NCBI RefSeq assembly: GCF_000017305.1
Contig: NC_009664.2
Coordinates: 690,001-722,000, forward strand
From: Kineococcus radiotolerans SRS30216 = ATCC BAA-149
GTDB taxonomy: Bacteria > Actinomycetota > Actinomycetes > Actinomycetales > Kineococcaceae
Length of the DNA: 32,000 nucleotides
Direction: 5' to 3'
The notes under the pieces were generated by a model. The model had not been told where the DNA came from. It searched no databases and saw only the letters and a list, made by a program, of their open reading frames with translations. Positions 15,041-24,529 of the stretch are shown here, piece after piece (within the stretch, counting starts at the first letter, position 1; each line of letters begins with the position of its first letter). Position numbers and translations under genes: made by a program.

Positions 15041-17161
15041 TCAGACCGCGCTCAAACGGCGCAGCGCCTCCACCACGGTCGCCGTCGAGGTGGTGGGCCA
15101 GAAGTCGGGGAGGCTGTCGCGCAGGAACCCCCCGTAGCGGGCGGTCGCCAGCCGGGAGTCCAGGACCGCGACCACGCCCCGGTCCCCGGTGGCGCGGATG
15201 AGCCGCCCCGCCCCCTGGGCCAGCCGCACGGCCGCGTGCGCCGCCGACACCGACACGAACCCGTTGCCGCCGGCCGCGTCCACCGCCCGCGCCCGCGCGG
15301 ACATCAGCGGGTCGTCGGGACGGGGGAAGGGAATGCGGTCGATGACCACGAGCGAACAGCTCGGCCCGGGGACGTCCACGCCCTGCCACAGCGACATGGT
15401 GCCGAACAGCGACGTCGCGGGGTCGTCGGTGAAGGCCCGCACGAGCTTGGGCAGCCGGTCCTCGCCCTGGCACAGGACGGGGGTGCTCAGCCGCTGCCGC
15501 AACGCCTCCGCCGCCTCCTCCGCGGCCCGGCGGGAGGAGAACAGCCCCAGGGTGCGGCCCCCGGCGGCCTCGACCAGCGTCGCGAGCTCGTCGAGGACGG
15601 CCTCGCTCGCCCCGGCCCGGCCCGGTGGGGGCAGGTGGCGGGCGATGTGGAGGATGCCCTGGCGGGGGTAGTCGAACGGGCTGCCGACGTCGACCCCGAC
15701 CCACCGCGTCCCCGCCCCCTTCGCCCCCTTGAGGCCGAAGGCCCCCGCCACGGGGTCGAAGGACCCGCCGAGGGTCAGGGTGGCGGAGGTCGCCACCACC
15801 GTCCGCTCGGCGAAGAGCTTCTCCCGCAGCAGGCCCGCCACCGAGAGCGGGGCGATGTGCAGCGAGGGGGGCCGGGCGGCGGGGCCGGCACCGGCCGTCA
15901 CCCAGGCCACGTCGAAACCGTCCCCGGCTCCGCGGCCCACGTCCTCGGCCAGCCGCTCGGCGACGGAGAAGACCTCCTGCACGGCGGCGCGGGCCAGGTG
16001 CCGGGCCCCGCGGGCTTCCTGGTCCTCCTCCTTGCCGGCGGCCTCGCCGGCGTCCTTGAGGTCGCTCAGCGCGGTCCGGGCGGCGTCGCGGACGGCGACG
16101 ACGGCGTCGGCCAGCCGGTCCGGCCACCGGTCCAGGCGGCCCGGCGGGGCCTCCTCCAGCGCGGCTTCGAGGGCGACGGCCGCGTCGTCGAGGCCGTCCG
16201 AGACGATCCCCGCCGAGCGGCGCAGCCGGCGCGAGGCCGCGTGCGCCCCCGCGGCCGACAGTTCGGCGGTGGCGACCGCCGTCACCCGCTCGGCGAGCTC
16301 GTGGGCCTCGTCGACGACGAGGACGTCGTGCTCGGGCAGCAGCTGACCGCTGCTCTCCAGGGCGTCGATGGCGGTCATGGCGTGGTTGGTGACGACGACG
16401 TCGACGGTGCGGGCCCGGGCCCGAACCCGTTCGGAGAAGCACTCCGCGGCCACCGGGCAGCGCTGGGAGCCCAGGCACTCCCGGGCCGAGACGGACACCT
16501 GGCGCCAGGCCCGGTCGCTGACGCCGGGGTCGAGCTCGTCGCGGTCCCCCGTCGAGGTCGACTCCGCCCACTCGCGCAGCCGGACGACCTCGCGCCCGAG
16601 CCGGCCCTCGCCGCCCGCGTCGGGCCCGGAGGACGCGCCCGCCACGTCGAAGAGGGTGCCCTCGTCGCTGGGGAAGCCGCCGTCGAGCTTGTTGCGGCAC
16701 AGGTAGTTGGAGCGCCCCTTGAGCAGCTCCCAGGTGGGCTCGCGGTGCAGCCGGGGGGCGATGGCCTTCGCCAGCCGCGGCAGGTCCCGCTCGACGACCT
16801 GGGCCTGCAGGGCCAGCGTCGCGGTGGTGACGACCACCGCCCGGCCGGCGTGCACCGCGTGCGCGACGGCCGGGACGAGGTACGCCATGGACTTGCCCGT
16901 CCCGGTGCCGGCCTGCACGAGGAGGTGCCGGCGGCTGCGGATGGCGTCGGTGACGGCGCGCGCCATCGTGGCCTGGCCCTCGCGCCGCTGCCCGCCGAGG
17001 GCGCCCACGACCGCGTCGAGCAGCTCGGCGACCTCCGGCTCGGCGACCTCGTCGGTCACCTCGTCGGTCACCTCGTCGACCCCGGTGGCCGCGTGCCCGT
17101 CGACGTCCCCGTCGGTGCCCTCGTCCGCGGTCTCGACGGGGGTCCCGGTGCGTGCGCTCAC
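15041..17161 (-). CDS. dinG: ATP-dependent DNA helicase, DinG/XPD (Rad3) family with Fe-S cluster cysteines
   Basis: From track ORF 15041..17389. Walker A LLVQAGTGTGKSMAYL, DEAH box LVVDEAHEL, and four Cys (YLCRNK...ARECLGSQRCPVAAEC) between motifs I and II. A C-terminal helicase domain is present (LFSSRRAAE...WQGVDVPG). GTG 17161 is preceded by GGGAGAGGA. Confidence 0.85.
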   Translation of the reverse strand: MSARTGTPVETADEGTDGDVDGHAATGVDEVTDEVTDEVAEPEVAELLDAVVGALGGQRREGQATMARAVTDAIRSRRHLLVQAGTGTGKSMAYLVPAVAHAVHAGRAVVVTTATLALQAQVVERDLPRLAKAIAPRLHREPTWELLKGRSNYLCRNKLDGGFPSDEGTLFDVAGASSGPDAGGEGRLGREVVRLREWAESTSTGDRDELDPGVSDRAWRQVSVSARECLGSQRCPVAAECFSERVRARARTVDVVVTNHAMTAIDALESSGQLLPEHDVLVVDEAHELAERVTAVATAELSAAGAHAASRRLRRSAGIVSDGLDDAAVALEAALEEAPPGRLDRWPDRLADAVVAVRDAARTALSDLKDAGEAAGKEEDQEARGARHLARAAVQEVFSVAERLAEDVGRGAGDGFDVAWVTAGAGPAARPPSLHIAPLSVAGLLREKLFAERTVVATSATLTLGGSFDPVAGAFGLKGAKGAGTRWVGVDVGSPFDYPRQGILHIARHLPPPGRAGASEAVLDELATLVEAAGGRTLGLFSSRRAAEEAAEALRQRLSTPVLCQGEDRLPKLVRAFTDDPATSLFGTMSLWQGVDVPGPSCSLVVIDRIPFPRPDDPLMSARARAVDAAGGNGFVSVSAAHAAVRLAQGAGRLIRATGDRGVVAVLDSRLATARYGGFLRDSLPDFWPTTSTATVVEALRRLSAV
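17046..17080. repeat. in-frame 12-bp tandem repeat (about 2.9 copies of ACCTCGTCGGTC) encoding DEVTDEVTDEV in the DinG N-terminus
   Basis: Read directly from the sequence. A second imperfect 12-nt duplication (CTCGGCGACCTC) sits at 17024..17050. Confidence 0.7.
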
Positions 17162-17203
17162 GGGTCCATCCTCTCCCGGCCGGGCCCGTGCTCGGGCCCC
17201 CGC

Positions 17204-17234
17204 CCACAGCGCGCCGCGGGGCGGCGGGCTGTGG
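17204..17234 (-). terminator. GC-rich hairpin between hflX stop and dinG start (13 bp with 1 mismatch, 3-nt loop)
   Basis: CCACAGCGCGCCGC-GGG-GCGGCGGGCTGTGG. It lies 16 nt downstream of the hflX stop. There is no U-tract, so it could be an I-shaped terminator, an attenuator or an RNA-stability element. Confidence 0.4.
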
Positions 17235-17249
17235 ACGGGGACGGGTGCC

Positions 17250-18842
17250 TCAGGCCGTGGGAGCCGGCCGGTACCGCTCCAGCTCGGCGGCGAGCCGGGG
17301 CCGGACCCGCACCCGCATCCGGGTCCCCTCGCCCGTGTGCTCCTCGGAGAGGACCTGACCGGTGGTGTGCACCCGGTTGACCAGCTCACCGTGGTCGTAG
17401 GGCACGCACACTTCCATCTCGACGTCGGGGACGGGCAGCATCCGCGCGATGCGCTCGAGGAGCTCCTCGATCCCCTCCCCGGTGCGGGCCGACACGGCGA
17501 CGGCGTTCTTCTCCCGCCGCAGCAGCCGGTCCACGACCTCCGGGTCGGCCACGTCGGCCTTGTTGATGGCCACCAGCTCGGGCACGTCCTGGGCGTCCAC
17601 GTCGGCCAGCACGCCGCGCACGGCGGCGAGCTGCCCCTCGGGGTCGGGGTGCGACCCGTCGACGACGTGCAGCACGACGTCGGACTCCGCGACCTCCTCC
17701 AGCGTCGAGCGGAAGGCCTCGACGAGCTGGTGCGGCAGCGAACGGACGAAGCCGACGGTGTCGGCCAGGGTGTACGGCCGGCCCTCGGGGGTCTGCGCCC
17801 GGCGGACGGTGGGGTCCAGCGTCGCGAACAGGGCGTTCTCGACGAGCACCCCCGCCCCGGTGAGCCGGTTCAGCAGCGAGGACTTGCCCGCGTTGGTGTA
17901 CCCGGCGATGGAGACGGCCGGGACCGCGCGGGCGTGGCGCAGGGAGCGCTTCTCGACGCGGGCGGTGCCCATGCCCTTGATCTCGCGGCGCAGCTTCGCC
18001 ATCCGGCTGCGGATGCGCCGGCGGTCCAGCTCGATCTTCGTCTCACCGGGACCGCGGGAACCGATCCCGGCGCCGGCGGCGACCCGGCCACCGGCCTGCC
18101 GCGACATCGACTCACCCCAACCGCGCAGGCGCGGCAGCAGGTACTCGAGCTGGGCGAGCTCGACCTGCGCCTTGCCCTCCCGGCTCTTGGCGTGCTGGGC
18201 GAAGATGTCGAGGATGACCGCGGTCCGGTCGACGACCTTGACCTTGACGATGTCCTCCAGGCCGCGGCGCTGGGAGGCGGACAGCTCACCGTCGCAGATC
18301 ACGGTGTCGGCGCCCTCCGCCGCCACGAGGTCGGCCAGCGCCGCCGCCTTGCCCGAGCCCAGGTACGTCGAGACGTCCGGCGTCGTGCGGCGCTGGAGCA
18401 CCCCGGCGAGGACGTCGGAGCCGGCGGTGGCGGCGAGGGCGGAGAGCTCCTGCAGGGACACCTCGGCCTCGGCGCGGTTGGAGTCCGCGCTGGACCAGAC
18501 GCCGGCGAGGACGACCCGTTCCAGCCGCAGCTGGCGGTACTCGACCTCGGTGACGTCGGTGAGCTCGGTGGACAGCCCCGCGGCCCGCCGCAGCGCGCGG
18601 CGGTCGGCGAGGTCGAGCTGCTCGCCGTCGTAGCTGGTGTGGCCGTCGCCGGTGTCACCGTCCTCCGGGGCGCCGCCCGCCCCCTCCGGGCTCCCCACCG
18701 CCCGCGTCCCGTCCTCGCCGCCGTGGCCGCGCAGGATGCGGGCAACGGCCCGGTCGAACTCCTCGTCCCGGGTGGACGCGGTGGTGGTGCTGACCTCGGG
18801 TTCCGCGGACTGCGGTGTCGCGGAAGCGTGGCGGTGGTTCAT
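17250..18842 (-). CDS. hflX: GTPase HflX
   Basis: 530-aa ORF. HflX N-domain, G1 GYTNAGKSSLLN, G3 DTVGF, G4 NKAD. ATG 18842 is preceded by GAGGAGG. An acidic low-complexity N-terminal extension of about 90 aa is present. Confidence 0.95.
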   Translation of the reverse strand: MNHRHASATPQSAEPEVSTTTASTRDEEFDRAVARILRGHGGEDGTRAVGSPEGAGGAPEDGDTGDGHTSYDGEQLDLADRRALRRAAGLSTELTDVTEVEYRQLRLERVVLAGVWSSADSNRAEAEVSLQELSALAATAGSDVLAGVLQRRTTPDVSTYLGSGKAAALADLVAAEGADTVICDGELSASQRRGLEDIVKVKVVDRTAVILDIFAQHAKSREGKAQVELAQLEYLLPRLRGWGESMSRQAGGRVAAGAGIGSRGPGETKIELDRRRIRSRMAKLRREIKGMGTARVEKRSLRHARAVPAVSIAGYTNAGKSSLLNRLTGAGVLVENALFATLDPTVRRAQTPEGRPYTLADTVGFVRSLPHQLVEAFRSTLEEVAESDVVLHVVDGSHPDPEGQLAAVRGVLADVDAQDVPELVAINKADVADPEVVDRLLRREKNAVAVSARTGEGIEELLERIARMLPVPDVEMEVCVPYDHGELVNRVHTTGQVLSEEHTGEGTRMRVRVRPRLAAELERYRPAPTA

Positions 18843-18950
18843 GGACCTCCTCGGTCGAAGGGCGCCGCCGGCCCGAGCCGACGTGGTACACCCAGCGTGA
18901 CATTCAACGGCGGGAGCGGCGACGGTATTTCAGCCCGTAACCTTCCGGGC

Positions 18951-19559
18951 GTGTCCGCCGAGCACTACTTCTCCGCCCAGCCCGCGACCGCCGACGAACG
19001 GCGCGAGATCACCGTCGAGCTGGCCGGCCGCGAGGTGGTGGTCACCACGGCCCGCGGGGTCTTCAGCGCCGACCACGTCGACCAGGGCACCGCGGTGCTG
19101 CTGCCGCTGATCGAGGACGCCGACGCCGCCGGCGACGTGCTGGACCTCGGCTGCGGCTGGGGCCCGATCGCGCTCAGCCTCGCGCTGCGCCGGCCCCGGC
19201 AGGTCGTGCACGCCGTCGACGTCAACGAGCGCGCGCTGGACCTGCTGCGGCACAACGCCGCCCGCCTGGGGGTCGCGGTGCGGGCGAGCCTGCCCGACGA
19301 GGTGGACGAGGACCTGCGGTTCACCGAGATCTGGTCCAACCCGCCGATCCGGATCGGCAAGGAGGCTCTGCACGACCTCCTGCTGCGGTGGCTGCCGCGG
19401 CTGGCGCCGGGCGGGGCGGCGCACCTGGTGGTGCAGAAGAACCTCGGCTCGGACTCGCTGCACCGGTGGCTGGAGTCCGGGGTGCTGCCCGGGACGAGCA
19501 CCGGGCGCACGACGACGTCGAAGGGCTTCCGGGTGCTCACCGTCCGTCGGGGCGGGTGA
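18951..19559 (+). CDS. class I SAM-dependent methyltransferase (RsmC/RlmG-like 'MTS' small domain)
   Basis: C-terminal 202 aa of track ORF 16707..19559, from GTG 18951. It has the VLDLGCGWGPI SAM motif I and the NPPI(R) motif IV typical of rRNA m2G methyltransferases. Confidence 0.8.
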   Translation: MSAEHYFSAQPATADERREITVELAGREVVVTTARGVFSADHVDQGTAVLLPLIEDADAAGDVLDLGCGWGPIALSLALRRPRQVVHAVDVNERALDLLRHNAARLGVAVRASLPDEVDEDLRFTEIWSNPPIRIGKEALHDLLLRWLPRLAPGGAAHLVVQKNLGSDSLHRWLESGVLPGTSTGRTTTSKGFRVLTVRRGG

Positions 19560-19568
19560 GCCGCGGGC

Positions 19569-20528
19569 TCAGGCGGTGGGGCGGTGCTGCAGCAGCTCGG
19601 GGGCCAGCACCCCCGTGGCGACGAGCTGCGCCGGGCCGGAGAGCCAGACCGTCCCCTGGGCCAGGCTGGAGCCGGCCCCGACGGTCACGACGAGCCGGCC
19701 CCCCGGGACGTCCACCCGCCACACGTCGGGGGCTCCGCGACCGGCCCAGGCCCGGGTGGCCAGGGCCGCGGCGCACGCGCCGGTCCCGCAGGAACGGGTC
19801 TCGCCCGACCCGCGCTCGTGCACGCGCATGGCGATCTCGCCGATGTCGGGGACGTCGTCACCGGTGACGTCGAAGGCCAGCAGCGGGACGACGAGCTCGA
19901 CGTTGGTGCCCTGCGGCGGGACGGGACGGACCTCCGGGGCCCGGGTGAGGTCGGCGGCGGCGAGCTCGGCCTCGTCGGGCAGGGCGACGACGGTGTGCGG
20001 GTTGCCGAGGTCGACCGACAGCGCGGGCCGGGCCACCGCGTCCAGGCCGGGGACCAGGACGAGGGCGTCGGAGCCGGCGCCGAGGGCGTCGTCCCCGCCG
20101 GTCAACGCCCAGGGGCCCAGGTCGGCCGTCCACTGGCCGTCGGCCTCGCGGCGCAGCCGCTTCACCCCGGAGCGGGTGGCGACGTCGAACCAGCGCCCGT
20201 CGCCGGCCTCCTCGGGCAGCAGGCGGTTGCGCAGCAGGAACTCCGCGAAGACGCGGACGCCGTTGCCGCACATCTCGGCGAGGGAGCCGTCGCTGTTGCG
20301 GTAGTCCATGAACCACTCCGCCCCGGGGGCCGTCCCGGCCGCGTCGGGGACGGCGCTGCTGCGCACCGCGCGGATCAGGCCGTCGCCGCCCACGCCGGCC
20401 CGCCGGTCGCAGATCGCGGCGACGACGTCGGCGGTGGGGTTCCAGACGCCGTCGGGGTCGGCGACCAGGACGAAGTCGTTCTCGGTGCCGTGGCCCTTGG
20501 TGAAGGCCAGGCCCTGGGGTGCGCTCAC
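19569..20528 (-). CDS. dapF: diaminopimelate epimerase
   Basis: C-terminal 319 aa of track ORF 19569..20822, from GTG 20528. It has FTKGHGTENDF and both catalytic Cys loops (MCGNG and SCGTG). The GTG overlaps the miaA stop as GTGA. Confidence 0.9.
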   Translation of the reverse strand: MSAPQGLAFTKGHGTENDFVLVADPDGVWNPTADVVAAICDRRAGVGGDGLIRAVRSSAVPDAAGTAPGAEWFMDYRNSDGSLAEMCGNGVRVFAEFLLRNRLLPEEAGDGRWFDVATRSGVKRLRREADGQWTADLGPWALTGGDDALGAGSDALVLVPGLDAVARPALSVDLGNPHTVVALPDEAELAAADLTRAPEVRPVPPQGTNVELVVPLLAFDVTGDDVPDIGEIAMRVHERGSGETRSCGTGACAAALATRAWAGRGAPDVWRVDVPGGRLVVTVGAGSSLAQGTVWLSGPAQLVATGVLAPELLQHRPTA

Positions 20529-21478
20529 GCCGCCGATGCTACGGGCAGCAGCTCCAGCACCCGCCGGGCGAGGTCGAGGGGGTCGGAGCCGTCGGGGGCG
20601 GGCAGCCAGTGCACCCGGGGGTCGCGGCGGAACCACGACTCCTGCTTTCGGGCGAAGCGGCGCGTGAGGCGGGCGGTGAGCTCCCTGGCCTCGTCCTCGG
20701 TGGTGGTGCCGTCGAACGCGTCCAGCACCTGGGCGTAGCCCAGGGCCCGGGAGGCGGTGCGGCCCTCGCGCAGCCCCCGCGCCTCGAGGTCGCGGACCTC
20801 GGCGACCAGCCCGGCCGCCCACATCCGCTCCACGCGGGCGTCGATGCGCGCGTCGAGCTGCTCGCGGGGGACGGCGAGGCCGACCTGGACGGTGGGGCGC
20901 AGGTAGGTCTGCTCGGGCAGCGACGCGGCGAAGGGCCGGCCGGTCAGCTCCCCCACCTCCAGGGCCCGCACGATGCGCCGGCCGTTGCCGGGCAGGATCT
21001 TCGCCGCGGCGGCGGGGTCGCGCTCGGCGAGGCGGGCGTGCAGGGCGTGCGGGCCCAGGACGGCGAGCTCGGCCTCCCAGCGGGCCCGCACCTCGGGGTC
21101 GGTGCCGGGGAAGCGCAGGTCGTCGACGGCGGCGCGGACGTAGAGCCCCGAGCCGCCCACGAGCAGCGGCAGGCCGCCGCGGGCGGTGACGTCCTCGACG
21201 GCGGCCCGGGCGTCGGCCTGGAAGCGCGCGACCTCGGCGGTCTCGGTGACGTCGAGGACGTCGAGCAGGTGGTGCGGGACGCCCTCGCGCTCGGCGGGGG
21301 TGAGCTTGGCCGTGCCCACGTCCATGCCCCGGTAGAGCTGCATCGCGTCGGCGTTGACGACCTCGCCGGGACGGCCGTGCTCGCGCTCCAGCAGGTGGGC
21401 CAGGGCGACCCCGACGTCGGACTTGCCCGACGCGGTGGGTCCCACGACCGCGACGAGGGGAACGTTCGGCTGGCCCAC
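20525..21478 (-). CDS. miaA: tRNA dimethylallyltransferase
   Basis: 317-aa ORF with P-loop GPTASGKS and the IPP-transferase pattern (VPHHLLDV). The miaA-dapF-hflX synteny matches mycobacteria. Confidence 0.95.
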   Translation of the reverse strand: MGQPNVPLVAVVGPTASGKSDVGVALAHLLEREHGRPGEVVNADAMQLYRGMDVGTAKLTPAEREGVPHHLLDVLDVTETAEVARFQADARAAVEDVTARGGLPLLVGGSGLYVRAAVDDLRFPGTDPEVRARWEAELAVLGPHALHARLAERDPAAAAKILPGNGRRIVRALEVGELTGRPFAASLPEQTYLRPTVQVGLAVPREQLDARIDARVERMWAAGLVAEVRDLEARGLREGRTASRALGYAQVLDAFDGTTTEDEARELTARLTRRFARKQESWFRRDPRVHWLPAPDGSDPLDLARRVLELLPVASAA

Positions 21479-21550
21479 GCCGTCATGGTGTCAGACAGTG
21501 GACACCCGCTCGCCCGAGCGGGCGGAGAAGGAGGACCAGCCGTGGGGACC

Positions 21551-21871
21551 ATGAACTTCCTCAAGATCAAGATCGACGAGGCCACCGGGCAGGCCCGCGA
21601 GGTGGCGGGGCAGGCGCTGGGCCGGGCCGGGGCCTTCGCCGCCGAGCACTCCGGCAAGGCCGAGGGCGCCATCGGCAAGGCGGGCGAGTTCGTCAACGCC
21701 CGCACCGGTGGCAAGTACGCCGAGCACGTCACCCGCGTCGGCGAGCTCGCCCGCAAGGGCGTCGACAAGGCCGCCGAGCAGGCCCCGCCGACGACGATGG
21801 CCGGCGGCGGCACCCCGATGCGCGGCGGCACCGCCTCGACGGGCACCCCGATGAGCGGGCCGGTGCGCTGA
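21551..21871 (+). CDS. MT0933/Rv0909-like small 'antitoxin' family protein
   Basis: C-terminal 106 aa of track ORF 20519..21871, from ATG 21551 (MNFLKIKIDEATGQAREV...IGKAGEFVNARTGGKYAEHVTRVGELARKGVDKA). This pattern is typical of the small helical family; GAAGGAGGA lies upstream. Confidence 0.65.
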   Translation: MNFLKIKIDEATGQAREVAGQALGRAGAFAAEHSGKAEGAIGKAGEFVNARTGGKYAEHVTRVGELARKGVDKAAEQAPPTTMAGGGTPMRGGTASTGTPMSGPVR

Positions 21872-22005
21872 TGACGATCCCGACGCCCCCGGTGCCGCCG
21901 AGCCCGGTCCCGATGCCGGGCACGCCCGGTGAGCCGGTGCCGGACCCGGGACCGACGCCCACCCCCGAGCCGATGCCCGAACCGGCGGCCCCGCCGGCGT
22001 TCTGA
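21871..22005 (+). CDS. possible 44-aa proline-rich peptide (MTIPTPPVPPSPVPMPGTPGEPVPDPGPTPTPEPMPEPAAPPAF)
   Basis: My own translation; it is below the ORF-track size cut-off. ATG 21871 overlaps the preceding stop as TGATG. Of the 44 sense codons, 41 end in G/C. I recognised no homology. Confidence 0.3.
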   Translation: MTIPTPPVPPSPVPMPGTPGEPVPDPGPTPTPEPMPEPAAPPAF

Positions 22006-22055
22006 CCGGTACGGCGGGCTGACCGGACGACCCGCGGCCCGCTGCGGGCGGGCGG

Positions 22056-23588
22056 TCAGGCCCGGCGCAGCGTGGGCAGGCCCAGGCCGACCGGCCGGGG
22101 ACCCGTGCTCTCGGGCTCCGGCCGGGCCTGCCGCGCCTCCCAGGCGTCGCCGGCGCGGGTGCGGCGCACGGCGAACCCGCTCACGTCGTCGGCCTCGAGG
22201 TAGTGCGGTGCACCGCGGGTGACCGTCACCGTGGCCACGTCGCCGGGGCGCGGGGCCTGCGCCCCCTCCGGCAGGGCGAAGTGGACGAGGCGGTTGTCCG
22301 GGGCCCGTCCCGAGAGGCGCCGGGTCGCGGCGTCCTTGCGGCCCTCCCCCTCGGCGACGAGGACCTCGAGGGTCCGCCCGGTCTGGGCCTGGTTGTCCTC
22401 GTAGGTGATCCGGTCCTGCAGGGCGGTGAGCCGCTCGTAGCGCTCCTGCACGACCCGCTTGGGGATCTGGTCGCCCATGGTCGCGGCCGGGGTCCCCGGG
22501 CGCGGGGAGTACTGGAAGGTGAAGGCGCTGGAGAACCGCGCCTGCTCCACCACGTGCAGCGTCTGCTCGAAGTCCTCGTCGGTCTCGCCGGGGAACCCGA
22601 CGATGATGTCGGTGGTGATCGCGGCGTCGGGGATGGACGAGCGGACGCGGTCGATGATCCCCAGGAACCGGGACTGCCGGTAGGAGCGGCGCATCGCCTT
22701 CAGCACCCGGTCCGAGCCGGACTGCAGCGGCATGTGCAGGCTGGGCATGACGTTGGGGGTCTCGGCCATCGCGTCGACGACGTCGTCGGTGAAGCTGGAG
22801 GGGTGCGGGCTGGTGAAGCGGACCCGCTCCAGGCCCTCGATGCCGCCGGTGGCGCGCAGCAGCTTGCCGAAGGCCAGCTTGTCGCCGAACTCGACGCCGT
22901 AGGTGTTGACGTTCTGCCCCAGCAGCGTGACCTCGAGGACGCCCTCGCCGACGAGGGCCTCGATCTCGGCCAGGACGTCGCCGGGACGGCGGTCCTTCTC
23001 CTTGCCGCGCAGCGCGGGGACGATGCAGAACGTGCAGGTGTTGTTGCAGCCCACCGAGATGCTGACCCACGCCGCGTAGGGCGACTCCCGCCGCGTCGGC
23101 AGCGTGGAGGGGAACGTCTCCAGCGACTCCAGGATCTCGACCTGGGCCTCGGCGTTGTGCCGGGCGCGCTCGAGCAGCACCGGCAGGGAGCCCACGTTGT
23201 GGGTGCCGAAGACGACGTCCACCCAGGGCGCCTTGCGGACGATCTCGCCGCGGTCCTTCTGCGCCAGGCAGCCGCCGACGGCGATCTGCATGCCTGGGCG
23301 GCGCTCCTTGACGGGCGCGAGGTGGCCGAGGTTGCCGTACAGCTTGTTGTCGGCGTTCTCCCGGACCGCGCAGGTGTTGAAGACGACGACGTCCGGCTCG
23401 ACCGGGGCGTCGGAGCCCTCCGGGCGGCCCGCCTCGTCGAAGCGCACGTAGCCGGCGTCCTCCAGCAGCCCCGACAACCGCTCGGAGTCGTGGACGTTCA
23501 TCTGGCACCCGAAGGTGCGGACCTGGTACGTGCGCGCGGCGGCGACGGTGTCGTCGGCGCCGGCGGGGGTGGCGGTCGTCGTGCTCAT
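22056..23588 (-). CDS. miaB: tRNA-2-methylthio-N6-dimethylallyladenosine synthase
   Basis: ORF of about 510 aa. UPF0004 N-domain Cys (FGCQMN...NTCAVRE...GGCLAQ), radical-SAM CNNTCTFC, and a C-terminal TRAM domain. I prefer ATG 23588 (a GAGG lies 5-6 nt upstream) over GTG 23591. Confidence 0.95.
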   Translation of the reverse strand: MSTTTATPAGADDTVAAARTYQVRTFGCQMNVHDSERLSGLLEDAGYVRFDEAGRPEGSDAPVEPDVVVFNTCAVRENADNKLYGNLGHLAPVKERRPGMQIAVGGCLAQKDRGEIVRKAPWVDVVFGTHNVGSLPVLLERARHNAEAQVEILESLETFPSTLPTRRESPYAAWVSISVGCNNTCTFCIVPALRGKEKDRRPGDVLAEIEALVGEGVLEVTLLGQNVNTYGVEFGDKLAFGKLLRATGGIEGLERVRFTSPHPSSFTDDVVDAMAETPNVMPSLHMPLQSGSDRVLKAMRRSYRQSRFLGIIDRVRSSIPDAAITTDIIVGFPGETDEDFEQTLHVVEQARFSSAFTFQYSPRPGTPAATMGDQIPKRVVQERYERLTALQDRITYEDNQAQTGRTLEVLVAEGEGRKDAATRRLSGRAPDNRLVHFALPEGAQAPRPGDVATVTVTRGAPHYLEADDVSGFAVRRTRAGDAWEARQARPEPESTGPRPVGLGLPTLRRA

Positions 23589-23706
23589 CACACCTCAGTC
23601 TAGGTGACCCCGGGGCCGATCCCTCGTGTCTCCTTCCGATCACGATGTGGCACCCTCGCGCGGCGACCCGTGGGCAGACTGCGCGGCTCCTGTAGGTTCC
23701 GGCGAC

Positions 23707-24480
23707 ATGAGTGACCACGGGCAGGCCCCTCAGTCGTCAGCGCGCCGGCCGCTGGTCGTCCTGGAGAAGGTGAACAAGCACTTCGGGGCCCTGCACGTGC
23801 TGAAGGACGTCGACCTGACGGTCTCCGAGGGCGAGGTCGTCGTGGTCATCGGCCCCTCCGGCTCCGGCAAGTCCACGCTGTGCCGGACGATCAACCGCCT
23901 CGAGACCATCGACGGGGGCCGCATCACCATCGACGGCAAGGACCTGCCCGCCGAGGGCAAGGGCCTCGCCCGCCTGCGCGCCGACGTCGGGATGGTCTTC
24001 CAGTCCTTCAACCTCTTCGCGCACAAGACGGTCAAGGAGAACGTGACCCTCGGCCCGCTGAAGGTCCGCGGGACGTCCGGCAGCGAGGCCGGCAAGCGCG
24101 CGGACGCCCTGCTCGAGCGCGTCGGCGTCGCCTCCCAGGCCGCTAAGTACCCCGCGCAGCTGTCCGGGGGTCAGCAGCAGCGCGTGGCCATCGCCCGGGC
24201 GCTGGCGATGGACCCCAAGGTGATGCTCTTCGACGAGCCCACCTCCGCCCTCGACCCCGAGATGATCAACGAGGTCCTCGACGTCATGACCGGTCTCGCC
24301 AAGGAGGGCATGACCATGGTCGTCGTCACCCACGAGATGGGCTTCGCCCGCCGGGCCGCCGACCGCGTCGTCTTCATGGCCGAGGGCCGGATCCTCGAGG
24401 ACACCACCCCGGAGGAGTTCTTCACCGCGCCCAGGCACGAGCGCGCCAAGGACTTCCTCTCCAAGATCCTCACCCACTGA
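23707..24480 (+). CDS. gluA: polar amino-acid (glutamate-type) ABC transporter ATP-binding protein
   Basis: From track ORF 23626..24480, ATG 23707. Walker [36 protein letters not shown]. The gene order ATPase-SBP-permease-permease next to recX/recA mirrors Corynebacterium gluABCD. TGTAGGTT (an extended -10-like element) ends 8 nt before the ATG. Confidence 0.85.
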   Translation: MSDHGQAPQSSARRPLVVLEKVNKHFGALHVLKDVDLTVSEGEVVVVIGPSGSGKSTLCRTINRLETIDGGRITIDGKDLPAEGKGLARLRADVGMVFQSFNLFAHKTVKENVTLGPLKVRGTSGSEAGKRADALLERVGVASQAAKYPAQLSGGQQQRVAIARALAMDPKVMLFDEPTSALDPEMINEVLDVMTGLAKEGMTMVVVTHEMGFARRAADRVVFMAEGRILEDTTPEEFFTAPRHERAKDFLSKILTH

Positions 24481-24529
24481 TCCCGACCACCGACGCCGTC
24501 CCGCGTCAGCCACAGGAGGCACCCACCCC

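Noticed and set aside
19557-19571. Palindrome TGAGCC-GCG-GGCTCA containing the stop codons of the convergent methyltransferase and dapF genes
   Set aside because: The stem is only 6 bp with a 3-nt loop, which is too weak to call a terminator. It is probably a by-product of two facing stop codons.
8207-23718. Over-long track ORFs: 8207..10663 (818 aa), 7566..9341 (591 aa), 14328..17207 (959 aa), 16707..19559 (950 aa), 19569..20822 (417 aa) and 20944..23718 (924 aa)
   Set aside because: For most of them only the C-terminal part has recognisable domains (serA, phosphoesterase, racemase-family protein, methyltransferase, dapF). The N-terminal extensions run through neighbouring genes in the wrong frame and are low complexity, so I trimmed the starts to internal GTG/ATG codons with SD-like sequences. 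20944..23718 is purely a shadow ORF of miaA and miaB.
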